Shown: piece by piece, positions 61,640 through 64,000 of the stretch
Layout: the number at the start of each line of letters is the position of its first letter
Position numbering within the stretch: position 1 is the first letter of the stretch
DNA from: Anolis carolinensis
Taxonomy: Eukaryota
Direction: 5' to 3'
DNA length: 64,000 nt
NCBI RefSeq assembly: GCF_035594765.1
Contig: NC_085844.1
Coordinates: 184,714,107 to 184,778,106 of the forward strand
Made by a program: the position numbers and the translations under genes
Notes under the pieces: model-generated
Seen by the model: only the letters and a program-made list of their open reading frames with translations
The model's database searches: none
Told to the model about the DNA's origin: nothing

Positions 61640-62780
61640 TGTTATGATTGAGCCTCATGGCTCTGTTACTGGCAGACGTGGGCGTAAGACTCCTCGAGAG
61701 TCAGATACTCTCGAGGAGCGAGAAAGAAAGAGACTGCGAGATATCTTTGCAGCACCATCTGATGAAGAGTCTTTTGAGGGGTTTACGGAGAGAATGGAGG
61801 AGGGGCTGGTTAGCTCGGAGGAGGATGAGATGGATTGGACTCGGGTGAGGGAGGAATTGGGTGCCACTGGCAATGATGGGATGGAAGATGAATGGGGACC
61901 TTCAGGATTAGACCCATGGACAAGCTGGAGGGATGGGACGGGATCCACAGCTGGGGATGCTGTGGGGCGTAGTCAGAGGTGTTCCAGCTCTGATGAGGAA
62001 AGTGATGAGGAAACGCCCGGGTTAAGGAGGGCAGCTGATAGTGATGAGGATTTGTAACTGGCATAAAATGAGGCTTGGGAGCAATTGCAAATTGCGTTGG
62101 GCAAGGTAATCTGGACGAACGCTTGGGATCTGTGTGGGACGCTTTCCTGAAGACTGGTGTGTTTTCGTGTGCTGATACGTAAGTTGTTTTGGAATTTGGG
62201 GTCAGACGGCGGGAGGAATTGTGTGGGCTTTTGTTTGTGCAAACTTGTGCTTAATCTCATTAGCTTTGACCTTCCGTCGTCTTCTTGACGGACGCCATCT
62301 CCTGCTTTGGATTTCGGACTGAACTGACCACGGCTTGACTTCCCCCCTACTCGGACTTGGTGAAACTACAAACGTCTGCTTCTGGCTTGAACTACGGAAA
62401 GGAACTGGGTCTACTCTACTGCTTCAATCCTCGGCTGACCTGTGTGTATTGGAAATCTTGCCTGCTGTGTGGAGGAGTGACTCAAGTTACTCAAAGCACA
62501 GTGCTGGCAGCAGAGAGGAATCTGCTGCCAATTAATTGCATTCTTTTGAACACTTTGTTCCCCGGCTTCTGTTTTGTTTATCCCCAGGCTGAAGCAAGCT
62601 GTTTTGTTTTTACCCGGATTAAACTCCGGTTTAATCCGGTTTATCTTTTGAACGTTTTTCCTTGCCCCTTTTTGCTTTTAAAGGCTAATACTGCCTGGCC
62701 CTTGTATTTTACGGGCATTTTGAGTTCTGTTATCCAATAAACTCTGTTATCTTTGATCTTGTGGCGTTCTGTCTTTGACA
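61640..62780 (+). mobile_element. Solo LTR (1141 bp), probably Gypsy/Metaviridae-type
   Basis: TGTTA...TGACA termini; perfect 5-bp TSD GGATA (61635-61639 and 62781-62785); CATAAAA box 62062-62068; AATAAA 62736-62741; CpG-rich, so young. Confidence 0.9.
61644..62057 (+). CDS. LTR (U3)-encoded acidic ORF, 137 aa, with basic patches and an FxGF LEDGF/TND-interacting-like motif
   Basis: Open from the LTR's first bases to TAA just before the TATA-like box; RRGRK and ERERKRLR, then DIFAAPSDEESFEGF, then several S-D/E tracts. Coding status is inferred. Confidence 0.6.
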   Translation: MIEPHGSVTGRRGRKTPRESDTLEERERKRLRDIFAAPSDEESFEGFTERMEEGLVSSEEDEMDWTRVREELGATGNDGMEDEWGPSGLDPWTSWRDGTGSTAGDAVGRSQRCSSSDEESDEETPGLRRAADSDEDL

Positions 62781-64000
62781 GGATATAACTAATTTAACTG
62801 TTTTCTGAATTAAGGCAAGGATGGTCCTGTTTGACCTGCAGCAGTATATAAGAAACAAACACATGTTCAGTGGAGTTTTTAAAAACTATAAATAAATATA
62901 ATCAAGCATAGGTATTAATAGGAGTAACATAGAGCAACAGCATAGCCTACCAGAATTTTAGACTCAAGTTCACTGTCATCCTAACAGCAAGGCTAGCTAA
63001 TGATTCTAAAATCCTATGATATTTAGCTGCCACAAAATAAAAGGCAAGTTTCACACCTGAAAGTTGGAAGAGATTCACGACAAAGTAAAAAGTACTGAGA
63101 TTATACTAGAATATCATTTAGACACGAAGAGCTGAAACAAAGACAAACAACTGCTTCAGATAACATTAGGCTACAATGTAAAGCTGGAAGTCCAAATTTT
63201 AAATAATTTGAGTCGGTGAACCACCTACTATCCAGGCACAGCCTTGAGGGCATCACTCTAGCTCATCCCTAATGAGCTTCTAAAGGTTAGCTAAGACTGA
63301 GTTATCTTGTATGGTCTTTGGTTGTTAACTGTTTAAAATTGTGTGTTGTTTTATTTCTAGTGTTTTAAACATTATTTATATGTGTTGTACACTGCTTCAG
63401 GAAACATGTAGGCTGAGAAGTAATAAACAAATATTTCAGTAATTAAAAAAGCAACTTCTATAGACTACAGCTCACAGTGTTCTGTGGAGCCAATTAAACA
63501 GGGATTAATTTTAACTACAGTTAGTGGGAAGGTAAACTTGAATGTTTAAAATGTTAGTTTGTTTCAATTCACTATAGTAGTTATGATAATCCACAGAAAG
63601 GGTTCACTTAATATGTTAGATGATAGTTAATTTAAAAAACAAGTGAACACTTCTAATTGACTCCTTGTGGGGATGGTATGGGGAGAGGGAGAATACAAGC
63701 TTAAGGCTTCCTGGGGTTCATTAACATTACACCACTATTTAGTATTATGCCTGATATGCAGTAAGTTTGGCAAAGGCCAGTCTGTTTTCAAAAATCACTA
63801 AGAGCTTTTTAAGCTCTTGGAAAAATATTAGTATTTCTGCAATACGCATTTTCAATAGCAGCGCCTAGTGTCACAAGGGAATATGTGTGAGACGATCAAT
63901 AGATGGAATGCAGCAGAAGGATTCATTAATCATATACCAAAATTATTCAGTAGGCGAAAGACTTTTGTGGTTTGTATATGTGAAAGGCAGATCACATGTA

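Noticed and set aside
54632-64000. Search for the upstream RNF220 exon (TFLRVRANRQTRLN)
   Set aside because: Not found; probably right of the window.
1-64000. Prokaryotic-type systems (CRISPR arrays, operons, retrons)
   Set aside because: Vertebrate intronic DNA; no spaced direct-repeat arrays, and all RT ORFs belong to eukaryotic retrotransposon clades.

Overview
Eukaryotic genomic DNA from a squamate reptile. The repeat families (Sauria SINE, Anolis-SINE2-like, CR1, L2, Dong/R4, DIRS, Penelope) point to an Anolis-type lizard. The whole window lies inside RNF220 (E3 ubiquitin ligase, minus strand). Six internal coding exons (54631 to 17031) join in frame with consistent splice phases; the RING-encoding and N-terminal exons fall outside the window. 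One intron (25464-26296) is a U12 minor-spliceosome intron, and one exon has an alternative donor that adds a C2HC zinc finger. The introns hold a DIRS element, a near full-length CR1, an RTE-X-like LINE with one stop codon, L2, L1 (5'-inverted), Dong, Penelope fragments with hammerhead remnants, SINEs, MITEs and a 1.14-kb solo LTR. The most striking observation is in that LTR. It carries an open 137-codon acidic ORF with a near-copy of the LEDGF/TFIIS-N-domain interacting motif (DIFAAPSDEESFEGF), and the LTR also has a cluster of RNA hairpins. This suggests an LTR retrotransposon that tethers itself to host elongation/H3K36me readers. Family names and comparisons to known proteins are from memory; no database search was run.
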